Of a DNA stretch of 64,000 nt, positions 59,902-64,000 are shown in pieces. Source of the DNA: Blastocystis sp. Blastoise (Eukaryota; Protista; Bigyra: Opalinata). The notes under the pieces are model-generated. The model did not search any database. It had not been told where the DNA came from and worked only from the letters and a program-made list of their open reading frames with translations. The position numbers and the translations under genes were made by a program. The first letter of the stretch is position 1. The number at the start of each line of letters is the position of its first letter. The stretch covers positions 496,001 through 560,000 of the forward strand of contig JBBPEB010000005.1 in the NCBI GenBank assembly GCA_039096225.1, given 5' to 3'.

Positions 59902-60790
59902 ATAATAAATAATATAAAATAATAATAAACAAATAAATAAATATTAATATATATATATAATTATTTGAATATAGATAAATAATAAATAATATACAAAGAA
60001 AGATAAATAAAAAAATGATATATAGAAGAAGGAAAGAGAAATAATACAAGGAAGGAAAAAAAGAATAAAACAAATAAATAAAAGGAATAAAAATAAATGA
60101 AAAGGAGAGGAGAAGAATGAATAAAAGAGTGTAAAAAGAAAAGATGAAGGCAGGATGAAGAAAGGAAGAAATGAAGAAAGAAGGAAGAAGAAATAATGAA
60201 AAAGTGATTGATGCGAAGAATAACGACAGAAGAAAAAGAACTTAGTTGATGGCAACCTATATAAATATATTATTAAAATAAAAACAAATAATAATTGATA
60301 TATATATATATATAATAAAATAAAATAAAAATAATAAAAATATAACAAGTAATAATTTAGTAATAAGCTATACAGAAAAGAAAATAAATTATAAAAATAG
60401 CATATAAATAATAAGTAATAATAATAATATATATACGTATTAAATAAATTAATAAAAATAAATAATTAGAACAGAAATAAAATATAAAATAAAACAAACA
60501 ATAAGAAATATAATAAACTATATATACCTTGACATTTTTGATTTGAATAAGCACCTGAAGTTTGTTTTTAAAAGGCCCATCATGGCCAAAATGGAAGAGA
60601 GAAATAAGCATCATTTTCTAACCTATATAGAGATAAATATAGCAAAATAAATAAAATAAAACAAACAAAAAATATATACATACCAATATTTTGAAGAGGA
60701 AAACCACTGATTGAATATGAAACCACGAAATTATTTTTGATTACAACTCAGGCAAGTCTAGCTAAATAGAAAAAGCATCTTAGATATAAA
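59902..60790 (-). ncRNA. Putative spliced antisense non-coding transcript of the autonomous Helitron
   Basis: Exons at about 60790-60683, 60622-60528 and 60256 onward (CT-rich). Shares ttgcct.rgttgt.at and agaaaatg..ctcttc..cttttaaa with 21872-22172. Stops occur in all frames of the first exon. Confidence 0.45.
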
Positions 60791-61194
60791 AATAAAATAA
60801 AAGAAAAAGAAAAAATACATAATTATTGGAAAAAATATATAAGAGCTAAATATTATATGAATATAATAATGGCGCTATATAAAAACACCAAATCCATTAA
60901 TAATAATATAATATGTATGGAGAAATATGAAAAATAAAAGAAGACAAAAGTATACTGACTCTTTTAGTAGAAATATTCTTTTTTAGTAAATTATTTTTGG
61001 GTACATAAATTTATATGAAGCCCAATTGTTTTAGTCTTATAAAAATTAATTAAAAATTTGTGATAAACTCTATAATAAATGCATTTTAGGGTACATATAT
61101 ATATTTCTTATCATTTTGTAAAAAGAACAATTAGTTTTATTTCTTTCATATTATACATAAATTATTTATTATATTTAATATTTTAAATACTAAA

Positions 61195-62840
61195 ATGCCT
61201 TCAAGACATCGTATGTCAAGACGTAGACGCTCGGAGGGGAACAGAGAATTTATGAAGGGAGTAAGAAGAAATAGATTGGATGAGACGGACTCTGAAACTG
61301 GTATGGATCGATCGTTGCCTGCACTATATGGGTCTAATGAAGTAATGATGGGTACTACTCAGACTTTTGAAGGTATATACGAATATATATTTAGTGATCT
61401 CCTTTTGTTTTTATTTCTTATTGATTGTCACTGGGATGCTTTTTACCTTGAATTATTATGAAGAAAACGGGTCATTAGGTTTAAAATATTATTTTTGTTA
61501 ATATCAGGATTACCATTTGATTCTTAACTCAAGTATGAACTGTAGCTTTTATTAGTTTAATGTTGTGTGGGTTGTGTATTGATGTAATGAATTATAGGTA
61601 TAGAGCTTCATAGTATTTACTTTATGTTTTAATTTTTTTTTTATTGGTAACTATTGAGGTGACAGTATTAGTGTTATGTATTATGAGAGAAATCATTTAG
61701 ACATGTTGTGTGATCTAATAGTTGATATAGTGTTTCGTGTTTTACTTTTTATAGTGTTTATTATTTAAAGATAGATATATACAGTGTTATATGAAATCAT
61801 ATTATAAATTTTGTTAACTTAACAGCTATTGATTTAGATGTTATTGATATTAATTATATTATATTAGTAAAAAATAAAATAGTTTACTTTGTTTTAAGTA
61901 ATCCAAATAAAATTTTATCTATCGAATATATATATATATATATATTAACCAAATAAATATGAAGAGTTGTATAATAATATACAAATAAAAGAACTGTTAC
62001 ATAATTCTATGTTATATATAGATATAGTTGTTAAAAGCATCTTATACAATTATATTATATTATAAATATTATACTATCTATTAGTACATTAACTAATAAT
62101 TCTATTTCTATAGACGCAAATAATAGTTCATTTATTAATACAGATCCAAATTTATATCAAAATCAATCTAATAATGTTTTTATACCATTTTTTAATAATT
62201 CTACATTTATAAATTCAAGTGTTGGTGTAACACCTTTATCATCACAAAATAATATTTCTTTATCACAAATACAAAACAATTTTATAACTTCTTTAAATAA
62301 TAATTCAAATATAAATATTGATATAGATAATAGTTATTCACAAATAAATAATAATAATTCTATATTAAATAATGGTTCAAACTTATTCAATCAAATGAAT
62401 CCAGTTAATCAATCAATTAATAACATATCTATTGTTCAAAGTCAAATTAATAATAATAATCAATCTATTCCTATATCAACTACTATTATACAACCTACAG
62501 AAAAAAATACTTCTGTTTCTAATAACAATAATGATTCTATTAATACTTCTTCACACTCTTTACCTGTTGTTACTACTATTCCAACTGATGTAAATATATC
62601 TAACAATAATAATTCTGTAATCATTAATGACAATACGAATCATTCTATAAATAACACTAATACTAATAATAATGAAACAATAATACAAAGAAATAATAGA
62701 TCTATTAATTCCATCATGAATAGTTATTTAACCATTCCTGATTTAAGTCCTATTCTTCCTCCTTTAAGTATTCTAACAAATATTCCTCATATTAATTTAA
62801 ATAATGATAATGAATCAGAAATTATAACAACAATACCTAA

Positions 62841-62898
<58 letters not shown>

Positions 62899-64000
62899 TT
62901 TTCTGATAATGATTCTGATTCTGATTATATTGATCCTTTTCCTGATATCAATAGTAATACTCAAAATAATGATGAAACACAAGCTATAAGAACTATTAGA
63001 AGACCTATAACAGATAATAGTATGTTTTTTTTTATTATTTAAATATATTTATTTAATACTTTTTTATAGTTGAAGAAGACATAACTATTCATCCTATTAT
63101 TAATAGAGGAAGAAGTAGAGCTTTAGATATTTGTATGATATTTATATTTTTTAATTCTTAATAAATAATGAAATAACAAATTATTTTTATAGATAATCAG
63201 CAAAGATTATTATATCCTGGATTACATAATTGTATTGCTTCTATTCAAAGAAGTATTTATATATTTTATACTATTTTATATTATTTTATATAGATTCTCA
63301 TGGTGATTTTGTATTAAATGAAGCATTGAATACTTATACAGCTAATTATTTAGGTGATTTTAATGTTCATTGTGAATATTGTCATGCTAAACATTTTGAA
63401 TTAGAGAAAGGAATGAATGATAAGTTTTATACTTGCTGTGGTAGTGGTAAAGTAGTTCTTCCTGAGCTTCCTGATCTTCCTAATACTATTCGTTCTTTAT
63501 TACAAAGAGATAATCCAGATTCAAGAGAATTTATTAATAATATTATTCGATATAATAATTCTGTTGCTTTAGCTTCTTTAGCTGGAAATAATACTTCTGA
63601 TGATGATTTAAGAAATTCTTCTGGACCTTTACTATTTAAATGTGGAGGTAATATATATCATACTTTTAAGAGTGCTTTAGATTTTGATGTGAATGATCCT
63701 ACAAGACATCCTGTATTCAATCAATATTATATGATAGATGGAGATGAAGCTACTCATATGAGAAGTATGAATCGATATTTTTGTGATTTAAAACCAAATA
63801 TTTTAGAGATATTAGATAGTACAATAAGAGAATATCATCCATTAGCTCAAATATATAATTCACTTCGAGAAAGAGTAGATGAAGTATTAGAAGAGAATAG
63901 TCAAATGAATAGAAATAATATTAATTTATTAATAGAGTTTAAGAAACAAAGAAGAGAAGTACCTGATATAAGAAGATATAATACTCCTCAAGTAGATGAA
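61195..64000 (+). CDS. Helitron Rep/helicase (RepHel) transposase, N-terminal part; exons 61195-61372, 62114-63019, 63070-~63132, ~63193-63252, 63294->64000
   Basis: YLGDFNVHCEYCHAKHFELE...CCGSGKVVLPELPDLP..LL...SREFINNIIRYNNSVALASL...GPLLFKCGGNIYH...PVFNQYYMID...RRYNTPQVDE matches the canonical Helitron N-terminal region. Exon phases are compatible. This exon is missing from the ORF track because it has no stop in the window. Confidence 0.92.

Larger units (their letters stand above)
57899..64000 (+). mobile_element. Putative autonomous Helitron, family A (3' part outside window)
   Basis: A|TCATTACTATATATATGAGAATAGG 5' end, 244-bp array, tRNA-like element and a RepHel gene. Confidence 0.9.

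Overview
Extremely AT-rich eukaryotic (protist-like) genomic DNA with many short GT..AG introns often filled with (TA)n; the taxon cannot be determined from the sequence. Host genes: the 3' end of a probable membrane-protein gene (1-477), a multi-exon NSUN6-type RNA m5C methyltransferase (minus strand), and a tandem segmental duplication (about 3697-18187 versus 37390-52180) carrying a GT61-like glycosyltransferase and a TLDc-domain gene. The rest is a nest of DNA transposons: a non-autonomous hAT element (8-bp TSD), Mutator-like (MULE) transposase remnants, and two Helitron families (A and B), including a putative autonomous copy whose Rep/helicase gene runs off the right edge. The most novel signal is six 66-68-nt tRNA-like cloverleaves inside the Helitrons. 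They have the linker-less mascRNA/menRNA architecture, vary in sequence with base pairing preserved, always lie antisense to the element and always sit next to a ~244-bp repeat array. In two long elements the cloverleaf lies at the 3' end of an apparently non-coding, spliced antisense transcript that diverges from the element's gene. This suggests an undescribed Helitron-encoded, RNase P/Z-type RNA-processing module. All coordinates were read by eye and may be off by a few bases.
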